A DNA stretch of 60,684 bases from an uncultured virus (IMG/VR IMGVR_UViG_3300009068_003844) (IMGVR_UViG_3300009068_003844), one strand, 5' to 3'. Counted from the stretch's first letter, positions 22,920-33,863 are shown. The notes: generated by a model from the sequence alone, not told the origin. Numbers and translations are program-made.

Positions 22920-23801
22920 ATGGTTTATTCAAACAAGTTTGTAATGTGTATTATTATTGACGGTAAAATTCAAAAAGAATTAGCAAATGGAACCGTCATC
23001 ATACCCTTTGGAAGTGAATACACAATCAGGTTTAGAAATAAAAACGACCGCAGAGCAGTCGTTAAATTTAAAATAGACGGTGAAAATGCAAGTGCTGATG
23101 GTTATGTTATAAACGCCAACAGTTTTATAGACATAAAAAGATATGCCCATAAAGATTGTGCATTCAAGTTTGTTTCTTTAGACAGTGAAGAAGCAATAGA
23201 TTTTGGAAAAAACGGAAATAATGATGATAAAGTAAAAGGTTTGATTGAATCTGTTTTTTATTTAGAAAAGCAACTTCCTGTTACTTATACATACAATCCT
23301 TCAATTTGGAATAACAATAAGTGGCCAAATACCTCAAATACCTATTGGATGTCATCAACTACCCCATGTAGTTGGAATGCTACTTGTGATTCACACACAT
23401 ACAATAAACACGCTCCTCGATCCCTACACAGAAATAATAATTCAGATCACTCTGGAATCCAAAATTCATATCCAACCCATGATCTAATTCTTAATAGCGA
23501 TATCAAGGACGGGGCTACAGTTGAAGGCAAACCAACGCAGCAAAATTTTTATGAAGTCTCAATTGATTTAGAATCTGATTTTGTTACTTTAAAATTATTT
23601 TTACAAGGAACAAAGCGTATCAATGGATCTTATCCTGTGCATGTTACATCAGATAAAGAAAATATCAAAATAAAAATAGAAAAAGAAAACGAAGATCTTA
23701 GGAAACAAATAGAAGAACAAAAAAAGCAAAAAGAATTAGATTTTCTTTTAAAAGAAAATCTAAAACTAAAAGAAGAATTAGAAAAATTAAAAAATCAGTA
23801 G
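22920..23801 (+). CDS. hypothetical phage protein with coiled-coil C-terminus
   Basis: AGGAGG RBS, 293 aa; hairpin TGAAGGGTCAAG/CTTGACCCTTCA follows. Confidence 0.7.
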   Translation: MVYSNKFVMCIIIDGKIQKELANGTVIIPFGSEYTIRFRNKNDRRAVVKFKIDGENASADGYVINANSFIDIKRYAHKDCAFKFVSLDSEEAIDFGKNGNNDDKVKGLIESVFYLEKQLPVTYTYNPSIWNNNKWPNTSNTYWMSSTTPCSWNATCDSHTYNKHAPRSLHRNNNSDHSGIQNSYPTHDLILNSDIKDGATVEGKPTQQNFYEVSIDLESDFVTLKLFLQGTKRINGSYPVHVTSDKENIKIKIEKENEDLRKQIEEQKKQKELDFLLKENLKLKEELEKLKNQ

Positions 23802-24086
23802 AATTGGAAGATGGATTAAAGAACATGAAGGGTCAAGTTTTAAAAGGCTTGACCCTTCACTATTTCTCAAACTGATTTTTTAATAATCCTCAGTATATTT
23901 CTGGCTAGACTAGCACTTCCTATCATTCGGCCGTCTGTATAATCATCCAAACCATAGCCACCTTTTTTATTCTTCTCAGTTTGTTTGTTTATTGCACTCT
24001 CACAGAGTTTAATTATCTCCAGAATTTTGTCTTTTTCTTTCATAAAAACTAAACTGTGAAGCGTGATAGACTTTAACAAAAGACTT

Positions 24087-24150
24087 CTTTGTGGGTTATA
24101 GACCCAAAGTCAGAAATATAATGAATAACTTTGTGGGTTATAGGCCCAAA
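24087..24150. repeat. two 22-bp imperfect palindromic direct repeats, 42-bp period
   Basis: CTTTGTGGGTTATAG[A/G]CCCAAA at 24087 and 24129. Confidence 0.8.
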
Positions 24151-24383
24151 ATCAAAAAAAAGATTTTTTCATGTTTGTTTAAAGTGCCTTTTTTTATGGG
24201 CATATAGAAAGAAAATAAAAAGAAAATAAAAAGATGAAAAAGGGTTGGCGTGGCCCCTCCGCTTTATAGCCGCTCTTTATTCCCTCTATTATCTCCATTT
24301 TTAGCTTTTGACGGCTTTTTAATCTTTTTTAATCATCCCATAGCCTGATTTTTAATAAGGCTTTAAACAGCCTCTAATAGGCT

Positions 24384-25112
24384 TTAAACAAGAAACTCTT
24401 TTATACTCTTGCTTAATCCCTGTTTTTCCCAGAGTTCCATATACTTTAATCTGCTATATTCATGTATTGGATCATATCCCCTGTTGTATGTGCTAGGGAG
24501 ACATGTTTCAATGAATAAAGGTACGTTTAAACAAACTCCACTAGTGAATAAAAGATTTTCAACTATGGGCATAAGATCTGTACCCTTGATATCAAACAAA
24601 AATTCATTGTGATTCACCATATAACTCTTTAATAGTTTTTCTGCATAGGTCCTCTTCATCATACAACTTGCACCCCAATCATAACTATCTCGGGTACGAA
24701 TGTTTAATTCTGGCTTATTTGCGTTAATACTATTAATTCTGATTAATTGAACAACTTCCCAATCTTTTGGTAAACTATAGAGGAATTCATTCCAAGTAAA
24801 ATTCCAATAATGACTAGTAATGAAACTGGTATCATCTTCTAGGAATATTCCGTATTCCTCACTTGTTTCATCTAGCCAATTCTTAATGCACCTTAAAAAC
24901 GTTATGTTTGTGCCATGATGATTGACACTTTCAATATAAGGGCCAGTTATTTTGACCAGTTCCTTGTATTCTTCAAATCTTTCTGTAGAGAATCTTTTAT
25001 AATTTGTGATATTATATTCTTTGAATTGATTCTCCATAAACAGAAAGCGATCCTTGCTTTCTTTTAAATTTATATAATTAATTCTTGAACTCTGGTTGAA
25101 CTTGAGACTCAT
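24384..25112 (-). CDS. glycosyltransferase family 25-like
   Basis: 'YINLKESKDR', 'IFLEDD', 'LPKDWEVVQL'. Confidence 0.75.
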   Translation of the reverse strand: MSLKFNQSSRINYINLKESKDRFLFMENQFKEYNITNYKRFSTERFEEYKELVKITGPYIESVNHHGTNITFLRCIKNWLDETSEEYGIFLEDDTSFITSHYWNFTWNEFLYSLPKDWEVVQLIRINSINANKPELNIRTRDSYDWGASCMMKRTYAEKLLKSYMVNHNEFLFDIKGTDLMPIVENLLFTSGVCLNVPLFIETCLPSTYNRGYDPIHEYSRLKYMELWEKQGLSKSIKEFLV

Positions 25113-25498
25113 GCTCCTAACTTAGTATATTTATTATTTTTCAAACGATATCCCGGAACACCACATAAACTGAATAGGAGTGCTTCTTCACCATTCTTTG
25201 TTGAAAAGTCATGGTGGAAATTGTTTACTTTCTCATTTGTGGCTTTAGTTACTATTTTCAATAGTTCACACTCACCAGATTCAATTAAGCTCTTTCGCAT
25301 CTCTTTTGCGATTATATTACCTCTTTCTGTGCTTAGGAGAAGTTTTTCACAATTTGTAAAATTATTCTGTGTGACCACTAGTATATTGTTATCAACTGAA
25401 TGGACTTTAATGTCTTTGGGTCCTCTGCCTAAGAACACAATGTAGAACCTTGAAAAATCCTTACACATCAGTTCTTCTGCTTCACCTTGAGTTTTCAT
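25109..25498 (-). CDS. DUF2294 family protein
   Basis: 'MKTQGEAE..LGRGPKDIKV..HHDFSTKNGEEALLFSL'. Confidence 0.75.
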   Translation of the reverse strand: MKTQGEAEELMCKDFSRFYIVFLGRGPKDIKVHSVDNNILVVTQNNFTNCEKLLLSTERGNIIAKEMRKSLIESGECELLKIVTKATNEKVNNFHHDFSTKNGEEALLFSLCGVPGYRLKNNKYTKLGA

Positions 25499-25704
25499 TC
25501 TTTAGTTCCTCTTCTCACTTCCTTGTGAAACCATCCTCCGCATAAACACTCTATGCTGTCCAAACCCCCTAGTCAAGGTACCACATTTGAGTTATTTTAT
25601 TTTTTTTGTATTAAAAATATAATTTATAAATGTTTCATACCTGCAAGTCTCAACTTTGCCGGACATGATGATGACTATAGTGTTCATAGTTTTTTGAATT
25701 TTTC

Positions 25705-25785
25705 CCTAAGTCTTTTGTTCACAAGGACTTAGGAGAATTGGCTTTTTCCTATTTTCCCTAAGTCCTTATTTCACAAGCATTTAGG
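25705..25785. repeat. two tandem 29-bp palindromic sites (11-7-11), 52-bp period
   Basis: CCTAAGTCTTT-TGTTCAC-AAGGACTTAGG (25705-25733) and CCTAAGTCCTT-ATTTCAC-AAGCATTTAGG (25757-25785). Confidence 0.85.
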
Positions 25786-25899
25786 AGAATTTCTTGGTTT
25801 CTGCTTGAAAAAATGTTTTGCACGTTCTATATAAACTTATGATGTATTATATAACATTTATAGACTTTGTTGACATGCCTGACGAAAGTGAGGAATAAT

Positions 25900-26190
25900 A
25901 TGAAAACATATAAAGAATGGAAAATTAGTGAAGATGTGATGAGCAGATCAGGATTCCTTAGTCATAACAAAATACCTCATGGTGAATATCATCCAAAGAA
26001 CTTTGACAGATACAGTTTCAAACCAGATGAAAAAAAAGTTCAAGACTATCTTTCAAAAATGAAGAATTCAATTCTGAATGATGTTTTAATAGGAAGTGAA
26101 GCATTGAGCGGATTTTATAATAATGATCAAATTGTGAAACTATTAGACAATTATTTGACAGAACTAGCTAATCTTGGAGTCAAGTTTTGA
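25900..26190 (+). CDS. small protein with capsid-targeting-like N-terminus
   Basis: MKTYKEWKISE, GAGGA RBS. Confidence 0.65.
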   Translation: MKTYKEWKISEDVMSRSGFLSHNKIPHGEYHPKNFDRYSFKPDEKKVQDYLSKMKNSILNDVLIGSEALSGFYNNDQIVKLLDNYLTELANLGVKF

Positions 26191-27318
26191 AGGTTTCTTC
26201 TTTTCTTTTTGGTACGGTCTCTTGTCATGGAAACTAGTAAAAACAGTATGCTTGCCAGTTTCGACCAGAAACTCGCTGAATACAAGACTCTCCTAGAGAA
26301 TCACGACTGGTATTACAGTTGGAGCGACGATAATAGGGTCTGGCGTAATGGTGAACAGAACCTCAAGCGTCTGAAAGAAATTGCAGAGTTTGGTGGTTTG
26401 GCTTACCAGATCCTGTTTAACGAGGAATACCAGAAGCATTTTAATGAGGGGTGTTTTAAGACTAGTTTTTCACACACTGGTAATCCCTCTTGTTCAACTC
26501 CTCCTTTTAAAGTCTAGAGTTTCCCTCTGGTACGCTTTTTGACCATGCAAAACATTAGTATCTCCTGCCGACTCTGCGGTGTGAAGAAACTTATTAGTGT
26601 TGATCCCTCCACATATGTGAAGTGGAGTATGGGACAAGGTTTTATTCAAGACTTGTTTCCCCATCTTAGTGCAGATGATCGGGAATTGATGATTAGTCAG
26701 ACTTGTGGAACCTGTTTCGACAACTTGTTTCCACCGGAGAATGATTACGATGAAGATTAATCCTCGTCCTGACTGGATTGAAACTGGCCTTAAAGTGCGT
26801 CCAGATTGTTATCATTATATTCGTAAAGTGAGTCTAGTCACCTCTACTGAAGGTAGCGGTTATTGGAGTGGTGTAGTTAAAGACTTTGTGAAGATAATCG
26901 AACTTGATTTGAACACTTACGAAGGACACGATGATTGTTTTGAATTAAGGGCGTATTTTTCCAAGAAAACTTGGAATGTTGAAAAGCATGGTTTGATTTA
27001 TACCGATAAACTTTGGCTGACTACCTTTAAGAAAAGTCTTATTGATTTAGGTTTCAGTAAAAAGGGACTCAACGCAGTAGACTATAGTGAACAGGGTATG
27101 CAGGGCGAGGATTATGTGAGTATGGATGTATCAGCACCAGGTGAACACGATCAAATTGAAGTTTTCATTAAAGATTACGAAAAAGTTCTTTATAGTGTCA
27201 AAGACAGGTTTTTAGGTAGTTTAAGAAAGAAGTAAGTTTCCTTTTGGTACGGTTGGTGGTTGTTCCCGATTCAACGTGAGTCTGGAAGAAAGGGTTGTTA
27301 AAGAGGGAGTTTAATACT

Positions 27319-27573
27319 ATGGGTCGTGCTAAGGGTCAGGCTGGTGTGTCGCTGGAGCGTTTCCTCACCTGTGTCATCGAGACGCAGCGGGCTGGCGGTA
27401 GTGTTGAAGATGTTGCGAACGAACTGGGCATTGTGGCCGGTTCGGTTTCGGTGCGTCTTTCGCAGTTGCGGAAGAAGCATGGTCTGAATATCCCCCGCTT
27501 TGAGGGTGGTGGTCGGACTAGCAACACCGCTGAACGGGCAGCGGCTATCCTTGCCTCGCTTGGGGTTGAGTGA
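27319..27573 (+). CDS. small HTH DNA-binding protein (paralog family)
   Basis: 'GGSVEDVANELGIVAGSVSVRLSQLRKKHG'; ATG at 27319 after GGGAG; GC-rich. Confidence 0.85.
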   Translation: MGRAKGQAGVSLERFLTCVIETQRAGGSVEDVANELGIVAGSVSVRLSQLRKKHGLNIPRFEGGGRTSNTAERAAAILASLGVE

Positions 27574-27586
27574 AGGATTTAATCTT

Positions 27587-27618
27587 CTCCCCTCCCCCTT
27601 TAATGTGGGGGAGGGGAG
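27587..27618 (+). terminator. GC-rich hairpin after the HTH gene
   Basis: CTCCCCTCCCCC/GGGGGAGGGGAG. Confidence 0.6.
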
Positions 27619-27674
27619 GGGTTGACGAAAAGTTTGTTTCTGGTACGGTAGTGTTTTGTTGTTGATTAAGTCGG

Positions 27675-27747
27675 GCGACCCTAGCTCAATTGGCAGAGCA
27701 CGAAACTTTTAATTTTGGGGTTCTGGGTTCGATTCCCAGGGGTCGCA
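27675..27747 (+). tRNA. tRNA-Lys(UUU)
   Basis: Acceptor GCGACCC/GGGTCGC, D stem GCTC/GAGC, loop CTTTTAA, T arm CTGGG-TTCGATT-CCCAG. Confidence 0.92.
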
Positions 27748-28320
27748 CTCTTTGTTTTTTCTCCAATATCCTCTTGGTGGTTTGGTTAGATTATATTTCT
27801 TTACCCATTTACCAACAGCTTTATCAGATACTCCATATTGTTTAGCAATTTGAATGGTTGGCATTTCCCATACAAGTTTTTTTAGTAATTCTTTTGTGGG
27901 CCATTCAACCTTCCTTGGTCTTTGTTTTTTTATTTTTTCTTTTCTAGGTTTTTGATTCTTTTTGTCAAACTCCCAATGACAATTGGGACAAAGAATTAAA
28001 ATATTAGACTGGTCATTCACCTCAGATATTAAAGTTTCTTCTGGGAATGAGTGGATTGGTTTAATGTGACAAACTTCAACGTGTTTATCGTATCCGCAAA
28101 ATTGACACTTTATATTCCTATATTGAACCCTGGCTCTGTTTCTGACAACATTAAATTTTGCACTTTGTCCATGCAGTGCTGATACCATCGCATCTTTGAT
28201 TGTTAGATATTTTATTTGACCATTATTGCAGCATTTGATACAATGTTTAGACAAGATTGTTTTGTGTTTACCACAGGAACATAAATCATATTGATTTGGG
28301 TATTTTGAAGCAGGATCCAT
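27709..28320 (-). CDS. free-standing HNH endonuclease with C-terminal HTH
   Basis: 'CQFCG..EVCHIKP..NILILCPNCH'; HTH 'IAKQYGVSDKAVGKW'; 3' end overlaps tRNA-Lys in antisense. Confidence 0.85.
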   Translation of the reverse strand: MDPASKYPNQYDLCSCGKHKTILSKHCIKCCNNGQIKYLTIKDAMVSALHGQSAKFNVVRNRARVQYRNIKCQFCGYDKHVEVCHIKPIHSFPEETLISEVNDQSNILILCPNCHWEFDKKNQKPRKEKIKKQRPRKVEWPTKELLKKLVWEMPTIQIAKQYGVSDKAVGKWVKKYNLTKPPRGYWRKNKECDPWESNPEPQN

Positions 28321-29498
28321 ATCCTAAAATAGTAAAAATTTTCTTTCCCTCTGGTACGGTGAGTGAGCATGGAAACAATCCAAAAAGAAAAACTCCTCAC
28401 CAGTTTTGTTGAAGTTAAGAAAATTTATCTTCATGCTCGTCGATGGTTTCAACGCTCTTATGGTAATACCTACCATACCGTTGAAATTTGGGTAAATGAC
28501 CATTTGGTTCATAAGATTCCTTTCACTTATGGGTATGGGGATCAATGGTCATACAATGCCGGTAAGTGGCTTGTTGATAATGGTTATGGACGTTTTAGTG
28601 GATACTATCCCATCAGCAGATATTGCCGAGAAAGTGGAATAGAGTATAATCATACTGTTGAGGATGTTAAAAGAAAGAGGGATCTTTAATGAGTGATCAA
28701 CATTCTAATTGGTGGCACAAATTTGTTAGTGGTATGCCTCCACTTAACAAGATTAGCAAGGACTTTGAAACTTCGACACTTACATTTAGTGAAAAAGTCG
28801 CAGATTTACGATCTAGAATCAAAGAGTTCAAAGAACAAGTTGAATCAGAGACTAAGGCTTTTTATAAGAAGAAGAAAAAAATTCTTCGTCGTGACCCTGC
28901 CCGCCCCTGGTAAAAAGGAAATTTAATTATGACTACCTTGACTAAAATTGAAATGCCAAACGTAGAAGTTCTTCGTAAGACTGGTTATAAGGTTCGTGTT
29001 TATCACGGACGGGTTTATCTCCGTTGTGTTACTCCGGATCATGCTAACTCTCCAGAAATTATTCACGAATATATGAGCAAGCGTGAATATGAACAATTTA
29101 ACAACTTAGTTCAAAGTGTGAACTGGGAACTCAGTTGCAAGGGCGGCTTTACTATTGTGGAGATTACTACTCCTGATGGTCGTGATCTGAGGGGTAAGTT
29201 TAATGTTCCAGCAGGCGGAATGTTTAATCGTAAACTGGGTGTGAAGATTGCTACTAATCGGGCTCTTAAGAGTGGTGTTTAAATGTATTGACCAATATCC
29301 TCTATTAGATTATAATAGAGGTATTATGGAAAAATATACTTGGATTGTTTGGAAGAACAACCGAATAGCAGGGTATGTATCTGCTTATAGCGAATGGGAC
29401 GCAAATAGATTCGCCAGAATGAAGTTTGGTTGTGAAATCTGGGTAGAGAGAACGGTAGAATCTGGTACGGTGTGAGGGTGTCACACGGAGAACTCTAG

Positions 29499-29729
29499 AT
29501 GCTAGACGATATTGACTTTAGTGATTTCATTCTTGGTGGTGAAACTGAAGCCACTCAGAAGAAGAATAAGAGAATCCCCCTTGACGTTTTCCTCAAGAGT
29601 ATTGTAGAAGCCGTTAAGAATGGCGGAAACAGTATTAGTGTTGCAAATGAATTGGGGATCTCTCCTCAAGCAGTAAGGCAGCGTTGTCATAAACTCCGGG
29701 CTAAGGGAGCCCCTGTGCCACAATGGTGA
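29499..29729 (+). CDS. small HTH protein (paralog family)
   Basis: 'PLDVFLKSIVEAVKNGGNSISVANELGISPQAVRQRCHKLR'; motif at 29464. Confidence 0.8.
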   Translation: MLDDIDFSDFILGGETEATQKKNKRIPLDVFLKSIVEAVKNGGNSISVANELGISPQAVRQRCHKLRAKGAPVPQW

Positions 29730-30009
29730 ATCTTATGGATAAGGAACAGGCCATACTCTTTTGCAAGATCGCCAGTAAACTTTCTTATTCAAAGAGTTTA
29801 ACTCAAGATAATATTCTCAAGAATAGTTTAGACGATATTCTCGAGATGATTAGTTTGTATTGTGATACTGCTCCTGATAATCTACTTCGTAATAATATCG
29901 ACGTTGTTATGGAGCATAAGAATTGGCAGATACAAAAGGGTTTGGTACAATAAAAAACCCCAAGAGGTTAGTCTTGGGGTTAACACCGAATGTGTTTTTA
30001 GTTAAATTA

Positions 30010-30465
30010 TTAGTTACTTAGTCTTAAGAAACCATTTCTTACTACAACGTATTGCATGGTGTGTGGATCGCCGTCACCTGAGTGAATAACGAAACCAGCT
30101 AAACCATTGTTCTTCCAGTTATCATAGTTATCGAACTCATCGTCAATACCATACTTGTTATAACGAGTTCCATTGACCTTAACGTATTTTTCAACGTGAG
30201 GGCCGTGGTTTGGTCTTTGACCATTCTCGCCTTGTAAAGCACCTTCTTCGTCGCATTGTGTTAGTATAACACTATACATATCTGGATTTAAAGGTAATAC
30301 TTCTTCTAAATCAACTGTGATCCACCAATTGTTAGTTTGTCCGTCTGATCCTACAGTTCCTGTTCTGGCAATGCCAGCAGCGACAATGTGAGGGCCAGCG
30401 GCTGTTAAACAAACTTGGTTAGGGGCCATTCCTAAACCTGTGCCTTGTGATGTTGTTGCACTCAT
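30010..30465 (-). CDS. hypothetical protein
   Basis: AAGGAG RBS, 151 aa; terminator-like hairpin near 29955-29982. Confidence 0.65.
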   Translation of the reverse strand: MSATTSQGTGLGMAPNQVCLTAAGPHIVAAGIARTGTVGSDGQTNNWWITVDLEEVLPLNPDMYSVILTQCDEEGALQGENGQRPNHGPHVEKYVKVNGTRYNKYGIDDEFDNYDNWKNNGLAGFVIHSGDGDPHTMQYVVVRNGFLRLSN

Positions 30466-30534
30466 AATAAAACTCCTTTTAAAAAAACATGATTAACGTC
30501 ATTGTTAATCTATAGGTATATACTATTCTAAACT

Positions 30535-31002
30535 TTATTTATATCTATTTTTCCTTCCTTTGCCTCTGTTTCTTCCTTTAAAAGTTGCAGTTATTGAATC
30601 GCAATTATTACATATAATTCTCATGTTAGATAAATCATGATTTTCAGCATTACCATCTATATGATCACAAACTAAGGGAATTCTGACTCCTAGCCATTCC
30701 GATAATCCGCACATTATACACTTATGTCCATGTGTTTGTATTAAGTATTTTTTTATTAATTTACGAGCATGATATTCACAAAACGTTTTATATTGTCCAC
30801 TTTCTATTTTTTCTTTTAAACTGGCGGAGGTTATTTCATCAAATTTTTTGCCTTTGTTCCAAGGTATGCAACCTTTTTGAACACCTGCTTTTGGTGATTT
30901 TATTCTTTTGACTCTTTTGGGATTATTTTGACAACATAATTCATGAGATGCAAGAGAGCCTTTATTGTTTATAGTTCTATTGCAATATTTACAGCTATTC
31001 AT
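30535..31002 (-). CDS. free-standing HNH endonuclease
   Basis: 'CIMCG..LVCDHIDGNAENHDLSNMRIICNNCDS'; AAGGAG RBS before MNSCK. Confidence 0.85.
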   Translation of the reverse strand: MNSCKYCNRTINNKGSLASHELCCQNNPKRVKRIKSPKAGVQKGCIPWNKGKKFDEITSASLKEKIESGQYKTFCEYHARKLIKKYLIQTHGHKCIMCGLSEWLGVRIPLVCDHIDGNAENHDLSNMRIICNNCDSITATFKGRNRGKGRKNRYK

Positions 31003-32668
31003 ATATACTCCTTTTGATTTTTGGTTATATGTATTATATATACCAATCAACGCATTAAATCATTCTCTCAACCACATAGTTTCTGGTACGGTTGGAGTTT
31101 CCCGACCTCCCTCTTGAGGAAGAAGATGCGTAAGATTGAACAAGAGATGATTGATAGCATCTTGAACAAGAAGAATCATTCTTGTGGCAACACTAGGGTT
31201 GAAGTTGCCGATGATGTGATTCTTGTCTTTTTGTTTAATAACCTGATTGCTAAAATTACCAACAAGACTGTAGGGATTAATAATCAGGGATACACTACAT
31301 ATGTTACCAAGAGCCGGCTTAATTGTATCCTTCGTAAATTTTGTGAAGGTAGAAATATTTACCAGAAAGATTTCAACTGGTATATTAGTGGCGAGCCCAT
31401 ATTAAACAATAGTTCAGAATACCCCAGTAATGTTTGGAACTACTTTCCAAATGTGGTACTGTTGAAAAGTTTTGAATGAAACAATACATTGTAATCAATA
31501 CAAATAAACCATATGTTGATGGTGAGTATCCTTCCGGTGGTTTTGAAATATATTTACTGAGTGCCTTCCCCGGGTCTGAAAAAGAGTTGTATATTGACTC
31601 TAGTCCTGATTGGGAAAGTGTTTCAAATTTTGTGAAGATGGTTAGTAGAAATTCTACTATTCAGGTTGAATACAGGTCTGCTAAATAATAGTAATGTTTT
31701 ACGTTCACATTTACTATGAACAAGGGCAAATCAAATACGACCCATATGAAAATCCAGAAAAATTACATAATTTTTTGGATAATCTTCCTTATGATGAAAA
31801 TTTAATTGTCATGGAAACAGTTAAGGAAGAAACGGCCCGATAGTTTTTGGTACGGTAGAGTAGTAACGAAAGGATAGAAAAAATGGAACATTATCGTTAT
31901 TATTGCACTGTTAAACTCAACAACATTGAGGACAGGCTCAATATTTATAACTGCGATCCCGGTGATGCCACTATGTGGTACGGCGGAATCTGTGAAGTTA
32001 TGGAAATCTTTGGAGGTACGGTTAGTAACCTTATGGGTGAACCTGTAACTCAGGATCAAATCCTAGAGGAATTTAGGAAGGAAGAAAGTGATGCTAAACT
32101 TAGTTTCTGCCTAGCGACTGGCATGACCCGCCGTGATGCTAGTTCTGTGACGGTTAGTTTCAAACCTTCTGTGAATGAAATTGTTTCTTCTGCGAACCCT
32201 GTAGACGAAAATAATAACAATAGTCCACTAAGGTTTGCAGAATAATATGAGTATGCTACACCCTAAAGTAAAACTTTTCTTATCAAAAGGTTTCGGAAGA
32301 AACTTTATAATCGGTAATCATGTCCGTGGATTTAGGGTTACGGTTAGAGATGGCGATTATGGCGAAGTAACTTTTAGTACAGGCAATGATGTTGAAACTT
32401 TAATGCTTGATTGCATTAAACAGTTTGACAATAGTGTGAAGATTAAAGAAGCCGAAAAGGTTAAGAGACTAGCGAGAAGGAAGAAGGAAATACAGAAGGA
32501 ACTTGAAGAAGTTTCAACTGAGTTAACGAATATAACTCTGAACTCATTCCAGAAATAAAAAGAAATAAACAGAGAAACTTGTCTTTTGGTACGGTTGATG
32601 GACGTTGCGACGGTGAGCCACTTCGGCAAACGGCAACAAAGGGTTGAATAACGCAGGAGATTACTACT

Positions 32669-32923
32669 ATGGGTCGTCAAGTTGGACAGAAGGGTGTCGC
32701 TCTGGAGAAGTTCCTGACCACGGTGGTCGAGACGCAGCGGGCCGGCGGTTCGGTGCAGGACGTTGCCGATGCTCTGGGCATCACGGCCGGTTCGGTGTCG
32801 GTGCGTCTCTCGCAACTGCGGAAGAAGCACGGTGTGAACGTCCCCCGGTTCGAGGGGTCGGGCCGCACCAGCAACACCGCAGAGCGGGCGGCTGAGATTC
32901 TCGCCAGCCTTGGGGTTGGTTGA
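32669..32923 (+). CDS. small HTH DNA-binding protein (paralog family)
   Basis: Near-identical to the 27319 and 37832 proteins; very GC-rich; motif at 32588. Confidence 0.85.
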   Translation: MGRQVGQKGVALEKFLTTVVETQRAGGSVQDVADALGITAGSVSVRLSQLRKKHGVNVPRFEGSGRTSNTAERAAEILASLGVG

Positions 32924-32955
32924 AGTTAAAGGCTGATATAATAATCGGCCATACG

Positions 32956-32990
32956 AACCCCCTCCCGTAAAACGGAGGGGGTTTATTTTT
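32956..32990 (+). terminator. intrinsic terminator
   Basis: AACCCCCTCC/GGAGGGGGTT plus T-rich tail. Confidence 0.75.
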
Positions 32991-33034
32991 TATTTGTTAT
33001 AGACTATATTGTTTTTGGTACGGTAAACAACCAT

Positions 33035-33106
33035 GCCCCGTTCGTATAGAAGTTAGTATACTGGGCTTTCATCTCAGGGACGCCGGAGCGTTACCGGCAC
33101 GGGGTA
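33035..33106 (+). tRNA. tRNA-Glu(UUC) with non-canonical T loop
   Basis: Acceptor GCCCCGT/ACGGGGT, anticodon stem CTGGG/CTCAG, loop CTTTCAT, T arm GCCGG-AGCGTTA-CCGGC. Confidence 0.85.
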
Positions 33107-33644
33107 CTTTTAAACAACATGAAACGATCAAATAACTATTCTGTGAAAGAAGAAGGCCGCTGGTTTGTGGTTTATAAGGATCACAAGCCAGTTACCGATA
33201 AAGGTGATATTCACCAAAAGCCATTTGTAGTTAAATGGCAGAATAAAGAATCAGCCGAGAAGTATATAAAAGAATTAAACAAAAACTTTGACGGTGAAAC
33301 AATCGCCAGTCTGTATTCGGTACGGTAGAAAAACATGAACACATGGAAAAGCAGTCATAACTTCCCTCCAGAAAAGGATCAGGAAGTTTATTACTTCGGC
33401 CCTAATATTGGGATCGGTATTGGCAAATACCATTATGAAGAACGTGAAATAAAGGGGACTAAACTTTGTCCTCATATCTTTGTGAATAATAAGTTCGGAG
33501 TAGTAGACGCTTGTGATGCTCCATTCTGGATGCCTTATGATAATGAAAAGGCTAAAGGTTGGTGTCCAATCATTCCAAAAGAATATACTAAGGGCATATA
33601 CGAGAACGATTGATTTTGGTACGGTGTGGAGTCAACGAGATACA

Positions 33645-33779
33645 AACTGTGTGTCTGCCGACAGTAGAGAGATAGCCCAGCAAACAGCGTCTGCATCTAA
33701 TGGGTGTATGGGGTTGCCGAACTAGGCTATGGTGAGGCTTATGCTGCTCTCTATCCGGGTTGGATTCCCGGCACAGATT
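33645..33779 (+). ncRNA. tRNA-like RNA of about 135 nt with a large structured insert replacing the anticodon arm
   Basis: CTGTG/CACAG acceptor-like stem, T arm CCGGG-TTGGATT-CCCGG, TAGAGAG/CTCTCTA and ATAGCC/GGCTAT helices. Confidence 0.55.
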
Positions 33780-33863
33780 CAATATAAATGCGTCAGGGGT
33801 CGGATAGAAACCTAAATAAGGTTGAATAGTGCGTGATACCGGACACTATTTGTGAAACTATCG

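Noticed and set aside
2730..32022. GTACGG hits inside coding regions (about 2731, 6349, 6575, 31978, 32017)
   Set aside because: They lack the upstream pyrimidine tract and boundary position; not counted as array members
33645..33779. Calling this element tmRNA or an intron-containing tRNA
   Set aside because: Too short for tmRNA, no alanine identity elements or tag ORF, and no group I core motifs; kept only as an unclassified tRNA-like RNA
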